From Nitrospinaceae bacterium (GTDB lineage Bacteria; Nitrospinota; Nitrospinia; Nitrospinales; Nitrospinaceae), in assembly GCA_965237905.1 (NCBI GenBank), contig OZ250172.1:2208001-2272000 (forward strand): a DNA stretch of 64,000 bases, read 5' to 3'. The position numbers and the translations under genes were made by a program. The notes below the pieces were generated by a model. That model saw only the letters and a list, made by a program, of their open reading frames with translations. It had not been told where the DNA came from and ran no database searches. The stretch's first letter is position 1. Each line of letters starts with the position of its first letter. Below are positions 1-8,978 of this stretch, piece after piece.

Positions 1-526
1 CCGGCGCGGAATAACGGTAGCCGTCTTGTTTGCCGCGGATATTGGCCTTGGTTTTATCAGGTTTGTTGCCCCAGGGATAGTAACGGCCGTCGCTTCCCCG
101 TGCGGCCTTTTCCCACTCCGCCTCGGTGGGGAGCCGTTTCCCTATCGTTGCGCAGTAGTCTGCCGCTTCCTGCCAGGTCACACCCACCACCGGCTGGCTG
201 TTCTGATTGAACCGTTCGTTGTCCATGAACTTGGGAGCCGGCACACCGGTTTGCTCCATGTACAATCGGTATTGACCCACGGTCACTTCGGTGATGTCGA
301 TCTTGTAAGCCCGTAACTTAACGGTATGAGCCGGAGTTTCGTCGCGGTAATAGTCCAGGGACTCGGAGAAAAATGTGCTTGCCGCCCACTCGATATCTTT
401 TTCGGAGCTTCCCATGATGAATTCGCCGGGAGCGATGGTGATCATTTCCATGGTTTGGATGGGCGGCGTGGCCCCCAGTGGGAAGGGAACGATTAGAAGC
501 AGAAAAATCCCGATGGCTCCTTTCAT
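1..526 (-). CDS. Formylglycine-generating enzyme (FGE/SUMF1)-family protein, runs off left window edge
   Basis: Manual translation from ATG at 526: signal-like MKGAIGIFLLLIVP, then PGEFIMGS, IDITEVT, PVVGVTW, RLPTEAEWEKAARG, YPWGN motifs; absent from ORF track. Confidence 0.9.
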   Translation of the reverse strand, partial: MKGAIGIFLLLIVPFPLGATPPIQTMEMITIAPGEFIMGSSEKDIEWAASTFFSESLDYYRDETPAHTVKLRAYKIDITEVTVGQYRLYMEQTGVPAPKFMDNERFNQNSQPVVGVTWQEAADYCATIGKRLPTEAEWEKAARGSDGRYYPWGNKPDKTKANIRGKQDGYRYSAP

Positions 527-537
527 AAGGTTCCACC

Positions 538-1101
538 CTAGGTTGGGATCAGTCCCGATTTCCTGGCATATTCGAAAATATTTCCGGCTTCGATGATATC
601 GATGACTTCGCCCAGGGAATTCAGGGAATAGGTTTTGTTCTGCGTCTCGTTGGTGAGGGTATAGGCTTCCAGATCGATGGCGATCTCGTCTCCGGTTTCA
701 ATTTCTTTCGCCAATTTTTGCTTCGCTTCCAGTGGGATGAAGAATCCGCCATCAATGGAGTTGCGATAAAAGATGCGGGCATAGCTTTCGGCCACCACCG
801 CCTGGACACCGGCGATTTCCATGCAGGCGGGGGCGTGTTCGCGCGAGGAGCCGCACCCGAAATTGGACCCGCCGATCACGATTTTGAATTGGGACTGATA
901 TTGTCCTTCCTCCACAAACGGAATCTTTCCCTTCGGCAGGCCGGAGCCTTCCGTGGGGACGCCGGACAACGCGAATTTTCCGTAGTTCTTGCTTTCTTCC
1001 GGATCGCTCAAACTGTAGACCAGATGCTCGGCGGGAATGATCTGGTCGGTATCGATGTTGTTGCCCAATACAAAGGCGCGTCCTTGGATCTTCTTTTTCA
1101 T
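538..1101 (-). CDS. leuD: 3-isopropylmalate dehydratase small subunit
   Basis: NIDTDQIIP and NFGCGSSREHA motifs; downstream of large subunit. Confidence 0.9.
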   Translation of the reverse strand: MKKKIQGRAFVLGNNIDTDQIIPAEHLVYSLSDPEESKNYGKFALSGVPTEGSGLPKGKIPFVEEGQYQSQFKIVIGGSNFGCGSSREHAPACMEIAGVQAVVAESYARIFYRNSIDGGFFIPLEAKQKLAKEIETGDEIAIDLEAYTLTNETQNKTYSLNSLGEVIDIIEAGNIFEYARKSGLIPT

Positions 1102-1137
1102 AAATCAATGTTCCCTTCAAAAAAACTTTGATGAGGA

Positions 1138-2445
1138 TTATACACGGGCGGCAATAAATTCCCGCGGATCGGTCACGTACCCGGTCAGCGCCGATGCCGC
1201 GGCGGTGTAGGGCGACGCGAGGTAAACGGATGACTGCTTCGATCCCATGCGTCCCGGAAAATTCCGGTTGGTGGTGGAGATCACTACTTCCGTACCGTGG
1301 GTCCGGCCGAACGTGTCTTTGGGTCCGCCGAGACAGGCGGCGCAGGACGGCTCGCCGATGCGCGCGCCAGCATCTTCAAAAATCTGCGCCAGCGTTTTGC
1401 CGTCGATGGTTTCCTTGTGCAAGTCTTGTTCAACGTCGACGGTGGCGGGTACGATGTAGGTATCGATCTTCACCTTTTCGCCGTTCAATATTTCAGCGGC
1501 GGCGATGAAGTCGGTGATCTTGCCGCCGGTACACGAGCCGATATACGCCCGGTCCAGCTTGACGTCCGAACATTCGCGGGCCAGCGCACGGTTGTCCGGT
1601 GAATGTGGCTGGGCCACTATTGGCTCCAACTCGTCGGCCTTGTAAGTTTTATTGAAACAGTATTTGGCGTCCGCGTCGGAATGATGGACCGTGCCCTGTT
1701 TGTCGGTGCGGCCCTTCAGGTAGTCGAAGGTGACGTTGTCCGCTTCGATCACGGCGTTTTTGCCTCCCGCTTCGATGGCCATGTTGCACAGGGTCATGCG
1801 TTCTTCCATGGAGAATTGGTACACCGCGTCGCCCGCCCATTCCATGGTGCGGTAGGTGGCGCCGTCGCACCCGATGTCGCCGATCACGTGCAGAAGAATA
1901 TCCTTCGCCATGATGTAGGGCGGAAAGGTGCCGGTCCACTCGAAGCGCATGGTTTCGGGAATCTTCACCCACAGTTTGCCGGTGCCGAGGATGAACGCGG
2001 CGTCGGTGTTGCCGATGCCGGTGGAGAACATGCCGAACGCGCCGGAGGTGCAGGTATGCGAATCGGTACCGAACAGGACTTCGCCGGGGCGGTTATGACC
2101 CTCCTGCGCCAGGGCGATATGACAAACGCCCTTGTAATTCTCGGTTCCGACATCATAATAATAAGGAAGCTTTTGCTCCTTCGCGAATTCGCGAATGATA
2201 TCGATGTTGCGGTTGGCGTGGGGATCGGCGGTGAAAATATAATGATCGGGGATGATCACGACCTTTTCCGGATCCCAGACCTTGGCGTTTTGGCCAAATT
2301 GTTTTTTGAAGATGCCGATGGTGCCCGGCCCGCAGACGTCGTGGGTCATCAATACGTCGACATCGACCCAGACGTTGTCGCCGGGAGCGACGGATGTTTT
2401 ACCGGCGTGGTTTGCCAGGATTTTTTCGGTAATGGTCATTCCCAT
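1138..2445 (-). CDS. leuC: 3-isopropylmalate dehydratase large subunit
   Basis: GTDSHTCT, IGSCTGG, CAACLG, STTNRNFPGRMG aconitase-family motifs; GGAG before ATG at 2445. Confidence 0.9.
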   Translation of the reverse strand: MGMTITEKILANHAGKTSVAPGDNVWVDVDVLMTHDVCGPGTIGIFKKQFGQNAKVWDPEKVVIIPDHYIFTADPHANRNIDIIREFAKEQKLPYYYDVGTENYKGVCHIALAQEGHNRPGEVLFGTDSHTCTSGAFGMFSTGIGNTDAAFILGTGKLWVKIPETMRFEWTGTFPPYIMAKDILLHVIGDIGCDGATYRTMEWAGDAVYQFSMEERMTLCNMAIEAGGKNAVIEADNVTFDYLKGRTDKQGTVHHSDADAKYCFNKTYKADELEPIVAQPHSPDNRALARECSDVKLDRAYIGSCTGGKITDFIAAAEILNGEKVKIDTYIVPATVDVEQDLHKETIDGKTLAQIFEDAGARIGEPSCAACLGGPKDTFGRTHGTEVVISTTNRNFPGRMGSKQSSVYLASPYTAAASALTGYVTDPREFIAARV

Positions 2446-2708
2446 ATACAATCTCCGTAGGGAGGGGGTTGCGATTCAGTTTTCGAGGCGGTCAGACGAA
2501 AAGTCCTCAAGTGTAATACTAAATTAACATTTTAAGGTTTCCGTGCGAACAAAAAATTAAAAAAAGTGGATTATATCGCTAAATCGGCCGGTTTCCACAC
2601 GGAATTGAGTCCAGAGATAGCTTCCCACCCGTGAGTGGCCGTTATAATATTGAAACGAATCCGCGATTAAGGTAGGTTGAATCCCTTTAAACTATTGAAT
2701 TTAATCCA

Positions 2709-4169
2709 ATGATATCTGGCAACGAACCCGAAAAGGATGATTCTAATAAAGTAGTCTTTGACCGCCGCCCCCTGTGGATCGTGGTCTTCGACCGCATGCG
2801 GCGGGGCATCGTGGTGACGGTACTCCTGATCGGCTTTTTCATCCTGCTGGGCCGGGAAGCGCCGGAGGGACTATCTGTCGAGGGCTACAAGGTATTGTGC
2901 CTGTTTTTCCTGTGCGTCTGCCTGTGGTCGAGCAACGTGATTCCCCTGTCTGCGACCAGCCTGTTGGTAATCGGTGCGGTGCCGCTGATGGGTATCATGG
3001 ATGCCTCCCAGGTGTATTCCTTTTTCGGCAACCGGGCGGTGTTTTTCATTCTGGGAGCGTTTGTGCTTTCGGGGTCGATGATCGCCTGTGGATTGAGCGG
3101 GCGGATGTCCTTATGGGTTATCGAAAAATGGGGCCATCGGCCGCGCACGCTGATGACGTCCATCTATTTTTTCGGAGCGGTCAGTTCCTGTTTCATGTCC
3201 GAGCATGCCGTGGCGGCCATGTTGTTTCCCATTGTCACGGAAATCGTCTCCGCCCTGAAACTTCCGCAAGGTAAGTCCGCTTTTGCCAAGTCACTGTATT
3301 TTGCTCTGGCGTGGGGATGCATCATCGGTGGCGCCACCACGGTGCTGGGTGGAGGACGAGTGCCTCTGGCGGTCGAGATGTTGGAACAGGGAACTCAAAG
3401 TACGCTCGGGATTCTGCAATACACCCAGCTCACCTTTCCGATGATCGTGCTTTTGCTGGGGTGCGGATGGGCTCTGCTCAATTTATTGTTTAAGCCCGAA
3501 ATCGAGAACGTAAAACCCGCCCTGGAAAATCTACATGCAAAATCTCTGGCTCAGGGAAAAGTGACCTATCAGGAAATGGGCGTCGGCGCGGTGATGGGCC
3601 TGACTTTGGTTTTCTGGTTCGGTTTCGGCGAACAGTTGGGGATCGCCAACATCTCCATCATGGCAATCGTGCTGTTGTTTGCCCTGAACCTGATTACCTG
3701 GAAAACGGTGGAGCCGCATGTGAACTGGGCGATTATTCTCATGTATGGCGGGGCGATCTGCCTCGGGCAGGTGATGGCTTCTTCCGGCGCGGCGCTATGG
3801 CTGGCACAGAAAGCGTTTCAGGGATCGATCGCCACACCGACGGGATTTCTGTTGACGGTGGCGGTACTGTCCACCTTGTTCACCACGTTTATGAGTAATT
3901 CAGCGGTGATCGCTATTTTATTACCACCGGCCTTGAGCTTATGCCCCGATTACGGAATATCCCCGGTGGTGGCGACGATGACGGTGATTTTACCCAGTAA
4001 CTTTGCCTTTATACTGCCGATTGCCACACCCGCTTCCGCCTTGGCCTTCGCATCCCGTCACATTTCGCTTCGGGAAATGATATTTTCAGGAACTCTGCTC
4101 AGCCTGTTGGGTATGATCTGTTTTCTGATTTTGCTATTTGTATTCTGGCCCTGGATGGGATTTCAATAG
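2709..4169 (+). CDS. DASS/SLC13-family sodium:anion symporter
   Basis: Many TM segments; FMSEHA, FMSNSA and FILPIATP motifs. Confidence 0.85.
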   Translation: MISGNEPEKDDSNKVVFDRRPLWIVVFDRMRRGIVVTVLLIGFFILLGREAPEGLSVEGYKVLCLFFLCVCLWSSNVIPLSATSLLVIGAVPLMGIMDASQVYSFFGNRAVFFILGAFVLSGSMIACGLSGRMSLWVIEKWGHRPRTLMTSIYFFGAVSSCFMSEHAVAAMLFPIVTEIVSALKLPQGKSAFAKSLYFALAWGCIIGGATTVLGGGRVPLAVEMLEQGTQSTLGILQYTQLTFPMIVLLLGCGWALLNLLFKPEIENVKPALENLHAKSLAQGKVTYQEMGVGAVMGLTLVFWFGFGEQLGIANISIMAIVLLFALNLITWKTVEPHVNWAIILMYGGAICLGQVMASSGAALWLAQKAFQGSIATPTGFLLTVAVLSTLFTTFMSNSAVIAILLPPALSLCPDYGISPVVATMTVILPSNFAFILPIATPASALAFASRHISLREMIFSGTLLSLLGMICFLILLFVFWPWMGFQ

Positions 4170-4179
4170 GTAAGTGATG

Positions 4180-4331
4180 AAAAGAAAAGGCTGGAAGGCA
4201 GGCCCGAGAAGGGCCGGGAGGGTTGGCCCAACTCGGAAAAAAAGTGCGTGACTTCCTTTTTTCGCTAACCTGCCAACAAAAAAGCCTCATTCTGAGAGAA
4301 AAGAGATAACCCACGGTCCGTGAGTTACATC
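4180..4331 (-). ncRNA. Candidate structured sRNA
   Basis: Downstream of sigma54 motif; nested stems GGCAGG/CCTGCC, GAAAAAAG/CTTTTTT, CCGAG/CTCGG, GGGCC/GGCCC; U-rich 3' end. Confidence 0.4.
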
Positions 4332-4342
4332 TATAAAATAAA

Positions 4343-4358
4343 AGCAAGAGACATGCCA
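4343..4358 (-). promoter_or_regulatory. sigma54 -24/-12 promoter
   Basis: Minus strand TGGCATGTCTCTTGCT = GG-N10-GC consensus. Confidence 0.6.
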
Positions 4359-4559
4359 AATTCGGCGGATCTGTTTTGATTGGGCAATCCCTTGTTTCTT
4401 AAGGCGTTATAGAAGTTAAGGCGTAAACGGTTTTTGCAGCGGAGTCTGATTTTTCTTTCACAATTACGTTTTTGAAACAGTGGATTTTTAAATGTGTAAC
4501 AAATATGCAACATACCTATAAGCCATCGACCGGGTACCCGGCTTAAAAATGGAGCAACG

Positions 4560-4901
4560 ATGACCGATTCAGTTCAACAGATAAATCCTGTGCAACTCAA
4601 GGAACGGCTGGATTCCGGACAGGTGGGGCTGCTGTTGGATGTCCGGGAGGATTGGGAACATTCCATGGCGGCGATCGCGGATTCGACCCATATCCCGCTG
4701 GCCGAGTTGGTGGATCGCCTTCAGGAGCTGGCTTTTGAGGATGACATTGTGGTGTATTGTCATTTTGGCCAGCGCTCCTATCAGGCGGGCCTGTTGTTGA
4801 AGGAAGCCGGATTTAAAAATGTGACCAACCTGGCGGGGGGCATCGATGCCTGGTCGCAGTTGGTGGACCCCTCCATCCGCAGGTATCGCGCATCCTTTTA
4901 A
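4560..4901 (+). CDS. Single-domain rhodanese-like protein
   Basis: LLDVREDWE, VVYCHFGQRS, NLAGGIDAW. Confidence 0.9.
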   Translation: MTDSVQQINPVQLKERLDSGQVGLLLDVREDWEHSMAAIADSTHIPLAELVDRLQELAFEDDIVVYCHFGQRSYQAGLLLKEAGFKNVTNLAGGIDAWSQLVDPSIRRYRASF

Positions 4902-4932
4902 TGATCGGGTCAGGCAGAGTGCTATGGAGATA

Positions 4933-5175
4933 ATGAATAAGCTGGGAATCGAGGTGATGAACTCTCCTCGCGCAATACGAGACGAGCTGTTGCAGGGCAC
5001 CGGGGCGGTGATGGCGGCGGGGTGTTCCATTTTCGTGGAATCCAGCAATGTGAAAGATAAAGAGATCGTGGTGTTCCGGTCGCCTGGAAAAGATGTTTCA
5101 GCAGAACGCAAAGCGTTCGACATCGAACACTTCGATCAGGCCTGGAAACAGTTTGATGAATGGCGGTCTTCCTGA
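4933..5175 (+). CDS. Small hypothetical protein
   Basis: GGAG before ATG; follows rhodanese gene on same strand. Confidence 0.65.
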   Translation: MNKLGIEVMNSPRAIRDELLQGTGAVMAAGCSIFVESSNVKDKEIVVFRSPGKDVSAERKAFDIEHFDQAWKQFDEWRSS

Positions 5176-5245
5176 CGGTTTCCCCACCTAAGTATTTCTC
5201 TTGTAATCAATTGTTGATTCGGCCACCAGGTCTTATACTGAATTC

Positions 5246-6580
5246 ATGACCGAAAACGCCTTGCAAGAAACAGAATTTCCGAAAACCCGCATACAGGATA
5301 TTAAAGAGCATTTCGTTTTTCGACCCAGTTGGGGTTGGGCCTTCGCTTTTTCCTTTTTGATCCTCGCTTTAAAGAATGATCTCGCCGATGTCTTTTACCC
5401 TCTGTTGTACAATGAGGACGGAAGAAATATTTTCGGTCTTTTTTATAATGATCATTCCATTAAGAATATTTTTACCAGCTACTCAAGTTATTATCAGGTA
5501 TTGCCCAGGTTGGCGGGGTATATGCTTCATTTTTTACCGGTTACCTGGATCCCTTCCTTGTACAGTCTGTTTGCGCTTTCATTCAGCGCGTTGGCTTATT
5601 CGCTGTTTTTTCCTTTATTAAACCGTCTGTTTCGTTCTCCTTGGTTTGCTCTTTATTCGGTTCTTATTCTTACTGCCTTGCCCCTGGCCAGTCATAAGCT
5701 GGTCGGAACTCTGATGTTCCAGGTCTGGAATGGCGTTATCATTTTAGGTGTCGTTACTTTTTTGCCGATCCCTAAAAATTTTTTAGGGAAAGCCTTTTAT
5801 CTTTTTGCCACTAATATCCTGATTTGGAGTCACCCCTATTGCATCCTGATATTACCGGTTTATTTATACAAACTTGCGTTTCAGAAAAACAATCGATGGG
5901 TATATGGTCTTTTTATCCTTTCGATATTTGTTTATTTTGGATTAACAATCAGCCACCACCCTCTGAATTGGGATTCTCTGCGGTATTTCCCGTCCAACCT
6001 GCTCGGCCGCGTGGTCACCGAAACCGTGGTGGGTCCCCTGAACCGGACTTGGCTCCAATATCTGGAAAGTTCTCTGATTTTTGGTTTTCTAATGATTGCG
6101 TTTGTAGGTTGCATGGTCGGATTTTCCTGGAAGAAAATGGAAAGGAAAGAGAAATGGTTCTATGCAATTTCGGCTTATTTTATTTTGACGAGTTTAGCGG
6201 TTGCCCTGCTGGGCCGGGAGCTCGGTAATTATTACCACCTGATCAACGGCAGTCCCCGGTATACCTATCTTCCCCGCATCACTTTTTTAATGATGTTGAT
6301 GGCCGCTTTGTTTCGCCTGTACCAACTCTCCAGTGTTTTCCGGAAAACCCATTGGGCGCTGGCGGCGTTGGTGTTAACTATCAACACCAATGGTAATGTT
6401 CTCTACAAAACCGATTTGAAAGTGGGTCAGCGGGTTCGCGATTACGTGGCTTATCTGGATCAGAACCAGCTGGATTGCGAGCCGGGAGAGGAACGATGGT
6501 TTACTCTGCACCGGGGAGGTTGGCAAAATCCGGGAACCCCGCCCGATTGGAGCATTCCCGCCAACCTCTGTCGGCATTAA
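5246..6580 (+). CDS. Polytopic membrane protein, possible GT-C-type glycosyltransferase
   Basis: About 10 hydrophobic segments, LYNEDG acidic loop after first TM, late PRY motif; AT-richer than flanks. Confidence 0.55.
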   Translation: MTENALQETEFPKTRIQDIKEHFVFRPSWGWAFAFSFLILALKNDLADVFYPLLYNEDGRNIFGLFYNDHSIKNIFTSYSSYYQVLPRLAGYMLHFLPVTWIPSLYSLFALSFSALAYSLFFPLLNRLFRSPWFALYSVLILTALPLASHKLVGTLMFQVWNGVIILGVVTFLPIPKNFLGKAFYLFATNILIWSHPYCILILPVYLYKLAFQKNNRWVYGLFILSIFVYFGLTISHHPLNWDSLRYFPSNLLGRVVTETVVGPLNRTWLQYLESSLIFGFLMIAFVGCMVGFSWKKMERKEKWFYAISAYFILTSLAVALLGRELGNYYHLINGSPRYTYLPRITFLMMLMAALFRLYQLSSVFRKTHWALAALVLTINTNGNVLYKTDLKVGQRVRDYVAYLDQNQLDCEPGEERWFTLHRGGWQNPGTPPDWSIPANLCRH

Positions 6581-6591
6581 CTTTTTTGGGT

Positions 6592-8064
6592 TTATTCCTG
6601 TGCAGACAATTTTTCTTCCGCGATCTGGCGCATGAGGTCGATAGGGGCGATTTTGCCGGTCCATAATTCGAACTGTCCTGCCGCCTGGTTGACGAACAAC
6701 TCCACGCCGGAGACGGTAGCGCATCCGGCCGCCTCAGCATCTTTGAGGAGGCGGGTTTCCATCGGGTTGTACACGGAATCGAACACCACCATGCCGGGTT
6801 TCAGCAGGCGTGCGGGGAAGGGGGCGTCGTTCGTATTCGGAGCCATGCCGACCGGCGAGCAATTGATGACGATATCCACTGCCACCTGATCCACATCGCG
6901 GATGCTGATGAGTTTACCTTTCAATTGATCCGCCAGCTCCTGCGCTTTTTCCTTATTGCGGTTGTAGGTGAGGGTGAGGTGCGCACCCTCGTCCGCCACA
7001 CTCTGGCCGATGGCTTTTGCGGTACCGCCCGCGCCGATGATCAAAACATTTTTGTCCTTGAGCGGCCCGTGCGGTTCAAGAGCCTTCAGTGCCCCCGAGT
7101 AATCCGTGTTGTAACCGGCCCATCCGTTGCTGTCCGGCACCACGGTATTGACGGCGCCGATGCGCTCGGCGGCGGAATCGATTCGGCTGAGGGATTTCAT
7201 GATGGTTTCCTTGTGCGGCATGGTCACGCTCAACCCGCCCAGATACGGTTCAAACGCGCTGAAGAATCGCTTCACGTTTTGCACCAGAAGCGGCACGTAC
7301 ACATGCGGCAGTCCAGTGTCCTGAAACGCTTTGTTGTGGATCAGGTAACCCATGCTCTTCGACACCGGGTCGCCGATGACGCCATACACTTTGGATTCCG
7401 GTTTCAGATCGTTGACGCGGTAAATATGTCTCAAAGTTTTTGCAGGGATTTGTCCCGGTGCGCTTTCCTTGCCTGTTTCCAGCGACCCGAACGTAAGCCA
7501 TCCACCCTGTTGAACAGTCAGGATGCGGCTGACCTCTCCCTTCTCGCCCATGCAGAAGGCGATCATTTGTTTTCCATCTTTTTTGGCGCGCGCCAGCAAA
7601 CGAAACAGGAGCAGGTTGTCGTTGATGTCGGTCGCGTAGGTGATGATCTTCAAAATATCAGCCGGCAACTGGCTCATTAGATCGTACAGGGGATTGAGAT
7701 CGTCCGGTGTGCGCGTGAAGTCGTGGTGCGAGAGGATAACCTTCACCTTCCCCTTGTTTTCGAGAATGGATTTGAGAAGCGGTCCGGGCGTGGAGGTTTC
7801 GATGTCGATATAATCCACCCCAAAATCGATCGCCTTGCGCAATAGGTCGACGCGTTCTTCCTCCGGTCCTGCGAACTGACCCCCATCCATCTTGCATCGG
7901 TTGGTGACAATGCAGGGCTTACCCGCTTCCTTCAGCAACAACGGCAGGTCGAAGTTCTCGATCAGGTCCAGGCGCAGTTCGATAATATCGGCCAGCTTCT
8001 GGCAGGCGTCGAGGTCTTTGCGGGCGCGGTCCATCGTGGGACCGACAATGGGAACACAGATCAT
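6592..8064 (-). CDS. aroDE: Bifunctional type I 3-dehydroquinate dehydratase / shikimate dehydrogenase
   Basis: IELRLD, SHHDF, SAPGQ (AroD); SVTMPHK, GAVNT, NTD, GAGG (AroE). Confidence 0.93.
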   Translation of the reverse strand: MICVPIVGPTMDRARKDLDACQKLADIIELRLDLIENFDLPLLLKEAGKPCIVTNRCKMDGGQFAGPEEERVDLLRKAIDFGVDYIDIETSTPGPLLKSILENKGKVKVILSHHDFTRTPDDLNPLYDLMSQLPADILKIITYATDINDNLLLFRLLARAKKDGKQMIAFCMGEKGEVSRILTVQQGGWLTFGSLETGKESAPGQIPAKTLRHIYRVNDLKPESKVYGVIGDPVSKSMGYLIHNKAFQDTGLPHVYVPLLVQNVKRFFSAFEPYLGGLSVTMPHKETIMKSLSRIDSAAERIGAVNTVVPDSNGWAGYNTDYSGALKALEPHGPLKDKNVLIIGAGGTAKAIGQSVADEGAHLTLTYNRNKEKAQELADQLKGKLISIRDVDQVAVDIVINCSPVGMAPNTNDAPFPARLLKPGMVVFDSVYNPMETRLLKDAEAAGCATVSGVELFVNQAAGQFELWTGKIAPIDLMRQIAEEKLSAQE

Positions 8065-8071
8065 AATATAT

Positions 8072-8180
8072 TCCCCTCCTTTTCAAGGAGGGGTTAGGGG
8101 TGGTTAATATCAACCCCTCCCAGCCTCCCCTTGGTAAGGGGAGGGGTTTAGGGTGTCACCCTGAGCGTGTCAAAGAGGGA
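8072..8180. repeat. Cluster of palindromic miniature repeats
   Basis: CCCCTCCTT-N3-AAGGAGGGG-type hairpins plus a GTCACCCTGAGC unit; both recur elsewhere in the window. Confidence 0.75.
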
Positions 8181-8238
8181 CCAGAAGGGTTAGTGATGAG
8201 CGACCCGGATTATGCCTCATGCAGGAAAGAAAATCCAC

Positions 8239-8518
8239 TCCTGCCCGGAGGGGGAACTGACTGACAGTTGTCGGCAACCGAGAATCCCTGAGCGCGTTTC
8301 AAGGGTTTTAATTTACGTGTGGAGGTATTTCGCGGGTAATATAAATCCTGGTCTGCGAAGAAAACTTTTCAATCGCGCCAATCTGCCTGGGCCAGTTGGG
8401 TCCAGCGGCACGCTGGGCGGAGTACCTCCGCCGGTAATATGGAAAACATGGAAATGCGCTCAAGGATTAATGTTGGCAGTGAACGCTCCAGCCAATTGGG
8501 TCCAGCGTTACGCTGGGC
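8239..8518 (+). repeat. Dispersed composite element with two TGGGTCCAGCG-NN-ACGCTGG hairpins
   Basis: TCCTGCCCGGAGGGGGAA identical to 54885-54902; hairpin units at 8391-8418 and 8491-8518. Confidence 0.7.
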
Positions 8519-8534
8519 TCTGGCATCATGCCGG

Positions 8535-8978
8535 TTAGCCTTCCTGCGAGAACCGGGAGGATTTGCCGCCGGACTCGCCGTAGCCTTTTAGACCTTGTTT
8601 GCGTTCCTGGAAGACTTTCATTTGCTCAGCGGTTTCTTCTTTTTTATCTTTGAGGATTTTCGCGCAGGCGTCCTCTATCGCTATCAATTCCTCCAGAGTC
8701 TGCGCCGCTTCATCCTTCAACGCCTGGCCTTTTTGGATCATCAGTTTCCGATCCGGGTCGGACATGTTTTTAAGGACCGGTTGCATTTCTTCATCCAACG
8801 CTTGCAGGGTTTGCAGGAGTGGGTTTTTATCCTGCACGGCTTTCAAGAGGTCCGGGTCGTTTTTCTCATCGATCGCTTTTTGCTGTCGTCGCGCCACCGC
8901 CAACAGTTGGACGTAACAGTCCTTCTGCTTTTTCAAGCATTCAATCATACGGTTGATCGCGGACGGGGTTTGCGGCAT
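8535..8978 (-). CDS. FlgN/FliT-like flagellar export chaperone
   Basis: Helical coiled-coil pattern (YVQLLAVARRQQKAI), C-terminal GYG; 1-nt overlap with FliD-like gene. Confidence 0.55.
   Translation of the reverse strand: MPQTPSAINRMIECLKKQKDCYVQLLAVARRQQKAIDEKNDPDLLKAVQDKNPLLQTLQALDEEMQPVLKNMSDPDRKLMIQKGQALKDEAAQTLEELIAIEDACAKILKDKKEETAEQMKVFQERKQGLKGYGESGGKSSRFSQEG

Noticed and set aside
1603..2460. Long antisense ORFs (also 9527-10405, 13634-14722, 45865-46785, 51451-52335, 60272-61186)
   Set aside because: Shadow frames of well-supported GC-rich genes
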